DNA from: Marsupella aquatica
Taxonomy: Eukaryota; Plantae; Marchantiophyta
Assembly: GCA_973895155.1 (NCBI GenBank)
Contig: OZ316892.1
Location: forward strand, 18,218,357 to 18,282,356
DNA: 64,000 bases
Direction: 5' to 3'
Shown: one piece after another, positions 1 to 11,920 of the stretch
How the letters are laid out: each line of letters starts with the position of its first letter
Position numbering within the stretch: position 1 is the stretch's first letter
Notes under the pieces: generated by a model
What the model saw: only the letters and a program-made list of their open reading frames with translations
Databases searched by the model: none
What the model was told of the DNA's origin: nothing
Program-made: the position numbers and the translations under genes

Positions 1-1228
1 AAGCTCTTTCTACACACATTCTAGTGCTAGAGAGCTTGTAGTTAAAAGCATCAGTTTGCTCTGAAATACCTCTTGCAAAAGGGACAATGAGCCAAGGGAG
101 TAAAGGATATCCTGCATCCCCAATGATGTACTCTTGCAGCATCCGGCCATCATGACAATGGAATAGAGGTCCACTCAATCGACTATGGTATTGTGTCACT
201 TGGTAGTAAAACCGAGACATCCTCATTAATCTTGTATCCTGAATGCTTCCGGGCAGCCCACAACAAACATCCAAGAATCTCAATTTCTGGTCACAAATAG
301 CTTGCATGGAGACTGACAGCTTGTGCTTCCAATCATAGTATTGGGTGGAATCCTCACCAAATGGCAACTCAATTGGCAAGTGAGTGCCATCAATAGCTCC
401 ACAACAATTTGGAAAACCCCATCTATCCTGAAATCCCTGCTTAACTTGGGTTAGACCTGCCTCATCTGGCCATCGAATCACATGTGCAGCCCGCCTGCGT
501 AAAGAAGAAATGAATTTCCAAGTAACCTTCACTGCAGAACTTTTTGAAACTCCAAACAATTCGCCCAGTGTGAGAAATGTATCTCCTGTAGCCAGACGTC
601 TCAGTGCAAGGGCAACTTGCCTCATCACCAAAAGCTGTCGATTAGGTAGGATTCGCAATGAAATAGGAGGGTCTGTAATCATATCGTCATGCAACAGCTC
701 ACATATGTAGAAAAAAAGTTGGGGACCAATTCTGAAAAACTCTTGAAAACGGTGTGGGTCCTCCCAAGGTGTCTCATCAATCCAAATAATTAATCTCTGT
801 CGTGTACGAGGTTTAATGTACCACTGATCGATAACCTGCCTTGGTCGAATGTGTACTAACCCAAGTGCTTGCAGAAAAGAGGGCATTATGTGAGAAAACA
901 ATAGGGCTCTGCAGAATGTTGATTGGGTCAATTCAGAAGTTTCCATGGAGTCCAGTAAAAGATAGGAGCTCTCAAACAGTGGCATCATCAAATGGACTAC
1001 AGTGGCAATTGAGGCCATCAAAGATGCAATTGTTCTCAGTATGGAGTGGAGTCGATCTGGTCCGGATGCAGGTTGAAACCTGCGAGGAGGAGGTCTCCTT
1101 TGCTCCACAACAGTGTTTAGAGAGAGATTGAGATCAGGAATGTCAATGGGCAACTCATCTCCAATATTATTATTCACCCCTGCCATGGGAATCCACCTAG
1201 AACAGCTTCTGCCTGCCATGAAGGACAT
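1..1228 (-). CDS. PIF/Harbinger DDE transposase (DDE_Tnp_4; HARBI1/ALP1-like), open frame, 3' end runs off the window
   Basis: Manual minus-strand translation from ATG 1228 (in-frame ATGs also at 1219 and 1186) has no stop down to base 2: ...FQEFFRIGPQTFFYICELL...VALALRRLATG...GFPNCCGAIDGTHLPI...SMQAICDQKLRFLDVCCGLPGSIQD...EYIIGDAGYPLLPWLIVPF...FNYKLSSTRMCVERA. It is absent from the ORF track, probably because no stop falls inside the window. Confidence 0.92.
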   Translation of the reverse strand, partial: MSFMAGRSCSRWIPMAGVNNNIGDELPIDIPDLNLSLNTVVEQRRPPPRRFQPASGPDRLHSILRTIASLMASIATVVHLMMPLFESSYLLLDSMETSELTQSTFCRALLFSHIMPSFLQALGLVHIRPRQVIDQWYIKPRTRQRLIIWIDETPWEDPHRFQEFFRIGPQLFFYICELLHDDMITDPPISLRILPNRQLLVMRQVALALRRLATGDTFLTLGELFGVSKSSAVKVTWKFISSLRRRAAHVIRWPDEAGLTQVKQGFQDRWGFPNCCGAIDGTHLPIELPFGEDSTQYYDWKHKLSVSMQAICDQKLRFLDVCCGLPGSIQDTRLMRMSRFYYQVTQYHSRLSGPLFHCHDGRMLQEYIIGDAGYPLLPWLIVPFARGISEQTDAFNYKLSSTRMCVERA

Positions 1229-1889
1229 AATTCTAGGAAAATCATCATTCCTAATAACACCATGCTTATTAATTGTTGAGAGAAGTACAAAATTTTGGGA
1301 AGCAAACAGAACATCACACAACGGCTGCTATTCCTAGAATTGAAGCCTACTATGTACAATGCTTTCTTATTACAATTTTTTGCAAACTGCAAAGAGCTAA
1401 CAGCATGCAATGTACAGTAATTGAAATTTCAATTCAAGGAATGCAAGGTAGAACACTCAATTGAAAAACTAATGACAGTATGCACCTGAACTAAGAGTCG
1501 CCAATTGCACAGAAGAGGCCTCCACTCGAACCACAGGGCTTGAATAAAAATGAAGATCTGCCTGTGAGAATGCTTACAGAATTGTAGCCCCTCTCGAAGT
1601 TCAGTAGTCCTCAATTGTTTTTTTGCAAACTACAAGCTTCTGCTGTGAACATTTCAAATTGAAATAGAGGTGGACTGAATTAGGTCTGACGGTTTGACTG
1701 AGAAGCGACAAGTTTTTTTAAAAGTGACAATGTTTCAATGATCGAGTTGTGCAGCCAAGAAATAGCGGAGCAAAGCTATGGTGACTGACCTCTGCACGGA
1801 CGCAGCGACATGGGCAGCAGGTTGACAACTCCCGAGCTCGCGAGCCCGAGCTATGGCGTCGCCAGGCCTCTCCCTGGTGTCGTGGATGC

Positions 1890-1975
1890 CGAAGGTGGAG
1901 TCGGGGCCCAAAGGTGGAGTCGGACCAGAAAGCTGGAGTTGGGCCCAAAGGTGGAGTCGTGCCCAAAGGCGTAGG
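1890..1975 (+). repeat. GC-rich short tandem repeats (CCCAAAGGTGGAGTCG-like, about 5 imperfect copies)
   Basis: Repeated aaggtggagtcg / cccaaaggtggagt units seen directly. Confidence 0.7.
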
Positions 1976-2449
1976 CAGGCCCTGGGTGTATGGAGACCGG
2001 CAGGCAGAGGTGAGGGCGGGGGCAGGGAGCGGCCGCAGTCGCCCCATGCGACTGTGGCTCGGAGAGCCCAACTACCTCCAAAGTTGGGGGAGACCTCGGG
2101 ACTAGCGGAGTGAGTGCGGACGGCACTCCCCAGCCGTACTGCATGGAACCCTGCTCTAAGTAATGATTAGAGCATGATTGACACAAATATATTCTGGAAG
2201 GGCCTTCATGGGCAAACTCACTTATTGTTGCATATTGGGTCCCGCTTGGGGAAACACACTTATTGTTGCCCATTTGCACTCCATTCTCTTGCTCACAACA
2301 CGTGCCTGATGACATGAAGGTATAGGTACAGTAGGTCTTCATATTTCCAAATGTTAGATACTGTAAGGTGCGAAGATCCAAATAAGTACAGTTGGGTGGT
2401 AGTAAGTTGTCCAAGCAAGCGGAGAGCCATGTTAGCCATGTTCATTAGG

Positions 2450-3176
2450 GCTTTTTACCAAAATTATTCATTAGGGCTTTTTACCAAAATTATTTTAATT
2501 AGTAGGTTGTCCACCATATATTGTATATCTGGGTTTTATCAACTATTGTAGTTAACCCAGGGTGATTTTTCATTGGTGGACTAACATGTGGCGAGGCACC
2601 ACTGGCTCCGCCTTACCCTGATCGAGCTTACCCTCACCCAGCTAGTTCTTTCCCATTTTTTGTACAAGCCTTACACCAACCAGGGCTGGCCCCTTGCCCT
2701 CGTAAGTTTCTATCCCAACCGGGATCCCAACCCTGACAACCTTGCTGGCTGGGTGCTGCAATTTTGCCTTCCAGAATGGGGTCCCACACTCCATAGGGGC
2801 CTGATGATCCTTGGGTCCCGGTGATCCACCCTACTCCCACTTTTTTGAAGGAAAGAGGCCCCGATAATATACATATTTTCCATGTGTAAACAAACCCACA
2901 TTTGAGCCTACGGCCTGATTCAAGCTGGGTCATCGGGATTTAGAACTCAATAGGGGGATTGGCCAGCCCTGTTTGGTGCAGGGCTCATTCAAAAAATGGG
3001 AAAGAGCTAGCCCGGTGAAGGTAAACTCGGCCAGGGTAAGGCGGAGCCAATAGTGCCTCGCCACCTGTCAGTCCACCAATGAGAAACCACCCTGGGTTAA
3101 CTAAAACTATAATGTATACAATATGGGGGGCAACCTAGCAATTAAAATTAATTTTGGGGGTAGGTTAGTAAAAAGC
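2450..3176. mobile_element. Foldback/MITE-like element with long imperfect inverted arms (about 2450-2690 and 2961-3176)
   Basis: Left arm gttaacccagggtg...cattggtggact...gtggcgaggcac...ggctccgccttaccctg...cagggctggcc is mirrored by right arm ggccagccctg...cagggtaaggcggagcc...gtgcctcgccac...gtccaccaatg...caccctgggttaac...gtaaaaagc. No coding capacity; TSD not clear. Confidence 0.8.
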
Positions 3177-3681
3177 TGTATGACAATGAAATTTGGAGTT
3201 CAAGCTTGTGAGTTGGAGTCAACAGCTTTAGTAAAGTGCAGGTCCATCCAAGCTTAATTTCCTAATTATCGCATTTTGCTGTTCAAGAAAAAGTGGCATG
3301 AAAGAATCAAAACAAGGGTGAGTTTCTTCTGTTCTAATAGAAAGACTCAAAAATGATTATTTTTTTTAATAAATTCATCACTACAATAACCAGAGAAATA
3401 ATTCCAAGAATCAACTCTTGGACACTAAGTTGCATGGGCAGTGGCAAAGTCAGCCTAAATCGTGTTTAAAGCTTACAGAGTGCATAAACTACAGTAGGGA
3501 GTTTCAAATAGAGTACCGTTGTAATGTTGAGACTCTCGGTTCAAGACTTAATACCAACAAGCAAACAATTGAACCATACTCATGACCAGAGAGGGCTTCT
3601 GTCACACAAAGACTGAAAGTACATCTCCACTTCCATATATTTCTACCTCCCTGGTGAATTACTTACCAAATTTCCCACCTT

Positions 3682-4505
3682 GGCTCTTATCCTGGAATAC
3701 CAACCATACGAAGTGAGGTCCCACTACTTTACTTGACTTGACTTCATTTAGTCAACAAGAAGACGTGATCAGCTCATGACTTTTGCTACTGAAGATTGGG
3801 AATGTTTATAAAAGATTGGGTTTAGAAACATTTCAATAGATGTTTTTGCACTACTTTGAAATTAGCTTGTCAATATTTTTGTGTGTCTTTTCATGACGTT
3901 GCATCTTTTGAATCGGAAAGTTGGTCCATAAAGTCGAATGTACCGCACTTGAAAAGTTGGCAAACCAATTTAAATTCTCAAATACCCTACCAAGGCTCTT
4001 ACCCTGGGATACCAACCATACGAAGTGAGGTCCCACTACTTGACTTGACTTGACTTAGTTTAATCAACAAGAAGATGTGAGCAGCTCATGACTTTTGCTA
4101 CTGAAGATCGGGTTGGTTCACAAAAGATTGGGTTTAGAAAATAGATGTCTTGATCTTTACTTCTCTTTGCACTACTTTCCTTGAAAGTAGCTTGACAGTG
4201 TTTTTGTTTGTCTTTTCATCTTGTTTCATCTTTTGAATCTGAAAAGTTCATAGAGTTCAATGCACTGCAGCCGAAAGTTGGCAGCAAAAGTTTAAATTCT
4301 CAAAATACCCTACCATGGCTCTTACCCTGGGATACCAAGCATACAAAGTGAGATCCCACTACTTGACTTGACTTTCTTTAGTCAACTATAAGATGTGATC
4401 AGCTCATGACTCTTGCTAGTGAAGATCAGGTTGGTTTACAAAAACGATTGGGTTTAGAAACATTTCAATTGATGTCTTGATCTTTACTTGTAAAAGCACT
4501 ACTAT
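3682..4505 (+). repeat. Tandem repeat, unit about 310-325 bp (about 2.6 copies), with a further partial copy at about 5172-5445
   Basis: Recurrent ggctcttaccctgggataccaaccatacgaagtgaggtcccactacttgacttgac...cagctcatgac...gattgggtttagaaac at about 3682, 3993 and 4317, and partially at about 5175. Confidence 0.88.
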
Positions 4506-7500
4506 GAAACTGTCTCGCGTCTTCCCCCAAAACACAGTGCCATGATGCTTTATTGAAATATAGCGCCTGGGGAGTTGTGTTTGAGTCTTGACTCTATGTT
4601 TTGGTTTTGTTTTTGTGACATTGTGGTTTAAATACGATGTTGTGTTCAAATATTGGTGTTGTGATTGAATTTTGGGATTATGATGAATGTGGCCAGGGTG
4701 TAAGCAAGAATGACAGGCATCGGACTTATGTGTCTTAGAGAGTAGTGCTCAAGTTCAAGCTTCTTCTAATTCCCAACAACATTTCCTCCCTGAAAGGGAA
4801 TGTGCAGCTCAATAATTCTAACACTTCAGGAATAAGAAATTATAATATCTTTTTCTGATTTCTGGTGCGTTTGGACTTGGATGTAATTATTTGCAAAGGA
4901 ACACAATGTTGTTGATTGGCATGTCAATAGAGTATGTGTGGGCCAAATTGCTCCCAAAATCGTTGCCACCATTGCTGTAGAAGAAGTGATGGCTGTCAAG
5001 AGCTTTTCTGATTGCTTTTCTATCATTTCATTAATCTTCAAAGAATGTGAATAGAGAATATACTTTGGTGACACTTTATTTTACTCTTTCCTATTCACGT
5101 TCAAATAGTTGATAGTTGGGGCTTGTTGTGTTAAATGGACTTTGTGTGAGTTGAAAGTACTTTTTCTTTATGGGACCCACTACTTGACTTGACTTCATCT
5201 AGTCAATAAGAAGATATCATCAGCTCATGACTTTTGATAGTGAAGATTGGGTTGTTTACAAAAGATTCGCCTTAGAAACATTTCAATAGATGTCTTGAAC
5301 TTTACTTATCTTTGCACTACTTTGAAACGAGCTTGCCAATGTTTTTGTGTGTCTTTTCATCTCGTTTCACCTTTTTAATCTGAAAAGTTGCTCGATAGAG
5401 TTCAATTAACTGCAGTAGAAAAATTGGCAACAAGAATTTAATTATCAATTTGTGAATGGGCTTGGGAAGAGCTCGCTACCTCTGGAAGCATATTAGTGGA
5501 ATCTATAAAGTGTGATATTATTAAGTCGTACCTGGCTTTTCATCCAAGAGCATCCTTAACAAAAATATTCTGCAAGTTGAGGCCCTACTTTATTTCCTCA
5601 CATATCTTTTGGTTGGTCAAACACATGCAGACCACAAAACATTTTTGATTCTATGAAGAAAAAAATTTATTAAGAAACCTAGCCACAAGAACTTCACATG
5701 ACAGCTAGTTTAGGCTGGGTCCCAATATATGGCAAAATCATTAAAATCATTTAGTGACGTTGCTCTTCATAAACAATACAATATATACATATTCTAGCTT
5801 GGAATAGATTCGCCTCTTTCGTGATGTACATCGAAAGTTTCCTCATTCGGCCACTGCGCATTAGGGGCACTGTAGTTAGAAACTGTTTAAACACAAATCA
5901 AACGTCAGATAAGAAGCGTCCTACTGATTGCCTACGAGGGGACCTTATGGGCTCCACTTTGAAAATTTAGAAAAGCAGGCTATTAGGGTGGACAGTTACT
6001 CGGGATGCATTGAAAATGGGATAGAATTGGGATATGACCCTTTGGGCGGGGTGGGGTGGAGGAGGGGTAGCTGTACCATTTGACACGACACGATGGCTCT
6101 AACATACCTGCCTTGTATCTCACTTTCAGTTCATCCAAAGTAAATGCCCACCGAAGTGCCCACATTTTTGAACGTGAAGCCCTCTTATGCAATTGGCAGG
6201 ATGCATAATCTGACCTGGGGGTTTAACCTACCGTATATTTTGGATACCATGTGTGATCTTGACTTATTTATGAATTCACTATTTTATAGAGGGAATATCT
6301 ATAAATATTCATAGCTTGAATGTCAAATAGACTATTTAGCTTTATAAAACGTATGAAATGAGCAGATTCTCTATGTTAGTATCAGAAACTCAATATTTTA
6401 TTTTCCACATTTTATAAACTTTGGTCAAAATGGTAAGTGTGACGATGTCTATTTTGAATAACAAGTGATTCCAACAGTTATTTCAAGACTGACGGTAACG
6501 CAACTAGAAAAGAACAAGTCAATTCAAGACATCTATAATCAGAATATTTAGAAATCTAATCCTCACTAGCACATGAACTCAAAAAAAAATATTGACTTCA
6601 TCAGCACTAGCTGAGCAATGAAGACTTTAATTGGTTGTGGTGATGAAATTTTGGAATCACCAGGGTTCAACACTAGTACATAACTCTAGTTTATTATGCA
6701 TGTGTATGCCATCCAGGCTTTGAACACAACTTACTATCACTTTCCCAATGCCCGTGGAACTTAGAGTGGCTTTATGTAGAGTCAGGGGTGCATTGCTTCT
6801 TTTCATTCCCTCTCTGATTAAATCTGGACCATACAATGAGCGGAAGCACTGCAGTTGGCTTTACAAGAACTGAGGGCCCATTCTGATCCTTTACAGATGC
6901 TTCATAGCAAGCAATAGACCCCAGGAAATGTTGTTTTGGAGTGTTTATTTTGTCTAGGATTCTAGACAACCTTTAGAGGTGGTCAATTTTTTTTTGGATT
7001 TTGGCTCCTTCATTCAAGGGATTTACATATATCAAACCTCATTTAAAGAAACTTTTAGTCTAGAGTCTATCTTTAGAACAAGCGGCGCCGGCTCTCCAGT
7101 TTACTTTTGTGAAAAACATTTAAAAGTGCCCTCGGCATCTAGTAAAGCCACCCATATTCATTTGGTGTTCTATTGACAAATTGCCCCTGCTAGTGTTGTC
7201 CCCAATTCAAATGTTTATTGGTTGTAGGCTTAGGCTCATGGTCTCTAAATTCTGCATCAAAGCCTGGCAAATGGGGTGCTACTGCCAATATTTGCATATC
7301 CCAGGTTAAGATCTTGGCAACCGAAAAAACATAACCTGGCATCTACGGGATCTGTAAACTCTCCATGTGAATCTTCCTTTGTACATTCATTAAGGGTTAA
7401 TTCATTAAGGGTTAAGGGCCATAACCAGCCATCAGCATGACCACAAGATTCCCTGATTTTAATCTCCATATTATTGGCTTGGAAAGATTCTCAACTCCTC

Positions 7501-10409
7501 CAAAGTTTTGGAAAGACTCACTAGGTGGGTTTATGCTCAATAGCTCATGGGCTCTTTAGGGATTAGAGGTATTACCCTCAAAGACTACATCCCATAACCC
7601 CCTCATGCGCATGGGTCACAACCTGCTGACAAGCCCATCATAAACGCATCATGAAGATTTGATTGTGAAGCGGTTTTTGGTTTTGGGGCATAACCCGGTG
7701 GACGAGGCCACAGAACCCTTGTGCTAGCTGGCCAGGGGATTCCCAAATTTTAATAAGATTAAGTGGTAATAAGCACTATTACCAGGCCACAGATCTGGTG
7801 AAGATGCTAGACAGTAGGCCCTAGTAGGGGGCGCTCTGGGTCTATATGAAGATCCCCATCATGCATGAGGTTTGTTTGGGAAATTTGTACCCTTATTAAT
7901 TTGGAATATTTTAAATCTTGGCTAAAAAGGTGATATTGTTTCTTATAAATCTCAAAATTTGATTTGAAAGACACTGTTAATGCTTTTACAATTTTCTTAA
8001 AGTACTCCCTTAAACATCAATATAATGTCCCTATCATTTGTGCCACATGATGTGTCATTTTTGCAGAAAGGAGAGCCCAGATAGTGGATGCTGCCAACCA
8101 CAAGGTGATAGACAACTATGCAGACCAACAGGTGAGTATAGATCATTGACTCAGGCCATAAATGAGCAAGAATTCAAACAAGTCAATAATAATGTTCTGA
8201 CTTCATGTGTCCTACGCCCCTACATCACAAAAGTTGGTTGTATATTCACTTGATATCCAAATTGTTAGTGTATAGAAATGTAGATTGTATTGACAAGCCA
8301 TTTGGATATTGACCTCCATTGAATTGGTCACTTGGAATTGCCTCTTCAATGTTGCTGTCTGTATGGTTGGTTGCGTGAACTTGGGGAGCAGAGTCAGGAA
8401 TCTCCAAGACAGTACTGTGCGGAGCATTTTGCATGAGATGTTTATATCTTTAATGGGATGTCTATCCAGTATTTTTGGTGAACATTGTATGTTTGGTGAA
8501 ATTGTATTTTTGGTGAACAGATGTAGAAATTTGCCCTGATTTATTTAAGCTTAGGCTAACCTCAAATGACTCAAAAATGATTTTAGTGATGTAGTCTTGG
8601 CTCCCTAGGTAAAAGTGTGTGTGTGTGTTGGGGGGGGGGGATGTTTCAAATATTCACTTGGAGGCTTATGCTTGGTGACTCAACTCCACTCGGGGGGCAG
8701 TGGGCTGTAAATGGATCAAGGTGAAGCAACTTTCATTGCTGGGTAAATTGAGTATGGCAACCCATCTCCAAGAGGGGGCAATGGGCTGTAAACCAGTCGG
8801 ACTAACTACCGTTGGGATATTGCAGCCCATTACCCCCTCTTGGAGATGGGTTACCCAAAATGTTATGGTGAGTTTACAGGCCATTATCACCCCTCTTTTT
8901 TGAGATAAGTTATTTTACTAAACTAGCTTGACTGCCTGTTCTTTGAATATAGATAGAGGTGATCAAGGACAAAAGGCCTTGTGAAAAATAGATTCCCCAC
9001 TTTGGTTGCCTGTTTTCCAGTGACTTGCCCCCAATGCCTGCAACCCCGCTTTCAATAATGTCCCACTCAGAGCAATAGTCTAGAAGCCTCACTCTAGATC
9101 TTAGGCCCTAATGGTACCTTTGGATAACAATGATATAGTTAGATTTACCCTGGGTTGAAGAAGTTGCCTTGCCTTGGTCCAAACTTTTTGTCAGGAGCTC
9201 CAGTTAGCCAAGCCAAGGGCAAGCTAGGTGCATGCCAAGCCAAAATACCAAACCAAAACCACACAAAGGATACTGTCCCTCTCAGTGACGGAGAGAACCT
9301 TCACTCCTCTTCATCACAGTATTGAAGATCCTTGAAATTTTAAAGGAAGATTTGTAGCTTCATGCACCAGAGTATGAAGAATTCCAAGAAATTTCAAAGG
9401 ATCATTCATTGACAAAATTAAGGGTGACTTTACAAGATGTTGGAGGTATTTTAAACTTTTTTTGTCTCCAAGATGTGATTATGGCCATCCATTGCGGAGC
9501 TACAACCGCAAAGCCCTCTTGAAGTTTTTCTTTGATTATCTGTACGAGGTTATGAGGCATTACACCCAGGTAAAGCCACGGAACCCCTAGGCCAGCCTGG
9601 CCTGCCTGGGGATTCTAAAATTTGAATGACAGATACACTATGATGCAAGTGGCAGACAATGACAGATGAGACTTTGGGACTCTAAAACTGACAGAAGCAA
9701 ATAGTTCAAGAATTTACGCAGGGTTTAAGCTTGATAACTAGTGTCACACCATTCTAGGTAGTGTTAGAGTGTATCATACTATCTAGATCCGTATGTTTTG
9801 TATGTGTGCTATATGAGCCGATAAGGTTCCATTAGGTTTGTGTGAGAGGGTAGTTCTCTCTTATGAGGCATTGAAAGGTTATCTTTCAATGTTAAGCCTT
9901 GGAGAAGGGAGCTTGTGTGGTGGCTATGGTGGTTGAGAGCTCTCTCTATGTAGCGTATATTCCTTGAGTGCAAGGTGCGTTGGCTCGACATATGTGTGTG
10001 ATCGGATCGAACGGGATTGAGTGCGTAAATATTGTTGGCGTCGATCGTTGCTCGGATTCTATTGAGATTATTGTGGGTTTTGGACATGTGTGGACATGAG
10101 TTCCACTTGTATTCCATTCTCTTGTGTTTGTGATGTGACAGTGTGACTATGTGTGGATGTATGTGACAAGCAATGTATGTTGTGTAACGATGTGTATGCG
10201 CACGACATGGATGATTGGGCTTGCCGTTGTAAATTAGTCTTTGCTCAACAAAACCAAGACCCAAAATGCCCCCAATGTCTGGTATGGCCACCCTCAGTTT
10301 TGAAGCGGGCTTTGTTGCTCCCATATCTGGTTGGTGCGACCCGGATCATGTGTTCGTTATTTTGGACCTCTCTTCACTCCTTTCTTGATCTTTTGTCTTC
10401 CCCCTGTTT

Positions 10410-10660
10410 GCTTTACTATCCTCATAGAGCCGAGGCAGTTGGTTTTAGAATCTTGAGACAGATTTCACTTTGTGACCCTCTTATGGGGTTTACCCCAGAG
10501 CTCTACCAGACTTTTCAATATTTTTCTCAAAAGGGTGTTAGTATTTTGGGCTACTTAGTGTAGTGGGCTCTTTGTTTTTTGTTCCTTTGTTGCTTTGGGG
10601 GATTCCTTCTCCTTGGCTAGTTGGGACTTCTTTGGTATTGTTGGGGCCTTTTCCCCTTCC
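10410..10660 (+). mobile_element. 3' remnant of a CRE-clade non-LTR retrotransposon (same family as 60389-61100)
   Basis: Peptide GFRILRQISLCDPLMGFTPEL matches GFRVARQITLCDTLMRFTP*L at about 60870-60935, followed by the shared T-rich tail ctacttagtg...tttgtt...tttgttg. Confidence 0.6.
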
Positions 10661-11529
10661 TCTTCAGCTTTTATAGTCTCCATATAGTCTCCACCCACTT
10701 AGAGTGTTGTCTTAGATATATATTTCAGCTTTTAAGTGCTTTGCCCCTAAAGATGTTGTGCTTTACAATACTATCATAATTTTTCCCAAATTTATAAAAC
10801 ATGTCACTGTATTTAGAAAAGTAACCAGGGGAATTATAGACTAACTAAAACAGTGACACATTTGTAAGTACAATAAAAATAGTGATGTTAGTATATGGAT
10901 GAAAAGTAACCAGGGGAATTAAAGACTAACCAAAACAGTGATATATTTGAAAATACAATAAAAATAGTGAGGGTGTTGTAAACTCACACATCTTTAAGAT
11001 TCAAACCTTTAGTGCCAATGCTGTTATATATTTTTGAGCGAAGCAGTTGGTTTCTGATTCTCATGTCACCAAGTTATTGGCTGAACTATGTTCAGCTATG
11101 TGATGGGAGGCATTTGCTTGATCGACCCCCAAAATGAAACTTGTTACTTGATCGACCCCTTGAGGTCTATCAATGGTCCAGATCTGAGATTGAAAGGTCC
11201 ATCAACGGTCCAGATTGGGAAAATGTATGGAGGGGGTTGATTAAACAAACTTTTTCCAGAAGGGGTCTACTAAGCATATCTCTCATGTGATGGGGGACCA
11301 AAAAAGTATTCCAAGATACTTTTGTTTGAAATACATACGGAATGCAATGCAATGTACTGCAATACTTTGACTTTTATACATTTTCCCTTGTTCTAAACAG
11401 ACCAAAACAAAATCCAATGTCATTATTTGTATTCAGGCCACATCATGATGATGGCAAGGAAGGAGATGAGGAGAACATGTAATGATTTGTTTTTTGTGTG
11501 TACTTCATTCTTCTGTTCTTATTCACTTT

Positions 11530-11920
11530 GTTTGTCTTAAGCTGTATATTTAATCCTTGCTCCTTTAAGTTCAGCCTAATGTGACCAAACTCCCTGTGCC
11601 CCTGTGGTCACCGGATTTTATTTGTCTTAAGCTAAATATATTTAATTTAATACTTGCTCGTTTAAGTCTCAGCTAATGTGACAAACCCCCTTTGGTCACG
11701 AGCTAATTTGATTTGGTCACGAGCTAATGTGACCAATATTTGATCCTTGCTCTTTTAAGTTCAGCCTAATGTGACCAAACTCCCTGTGCCCCTGTGGTCA
11801 CAGGATTTTATTTGTCTTAAGCTAAATATATTTAATTTAATACTTGCTCGTTTAAGTATCAGCTAATGTGACAAACCCCCTTTGGTCACGAGCTAATGTG
11901 ACCAAACCCCCTTTGGTCAC
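11530..11920 (+). repeat. Tandem duplication of about 190 bp built from GTGAC...GGTCAC mini-hairpin subunits
   Basis: taagttcagcctaatgtgaccaaactccctgtgcccctgtggtcac..gattttatttgtcttaagctaaatatatttaatttaatacttgctcg occurs twice; gctaatgtgac(c)aaaccccctttggtcacg occurs three times. Confidence 0.88.

Noticed and set aside
1851-2414. 187-aa and overlapping GC-rich ORFs as the Harbinger Myb/SANT partner
   Set aside because: No Trp-spaced Myb/SANT signature; the open frames are explained by GC-rich repeats
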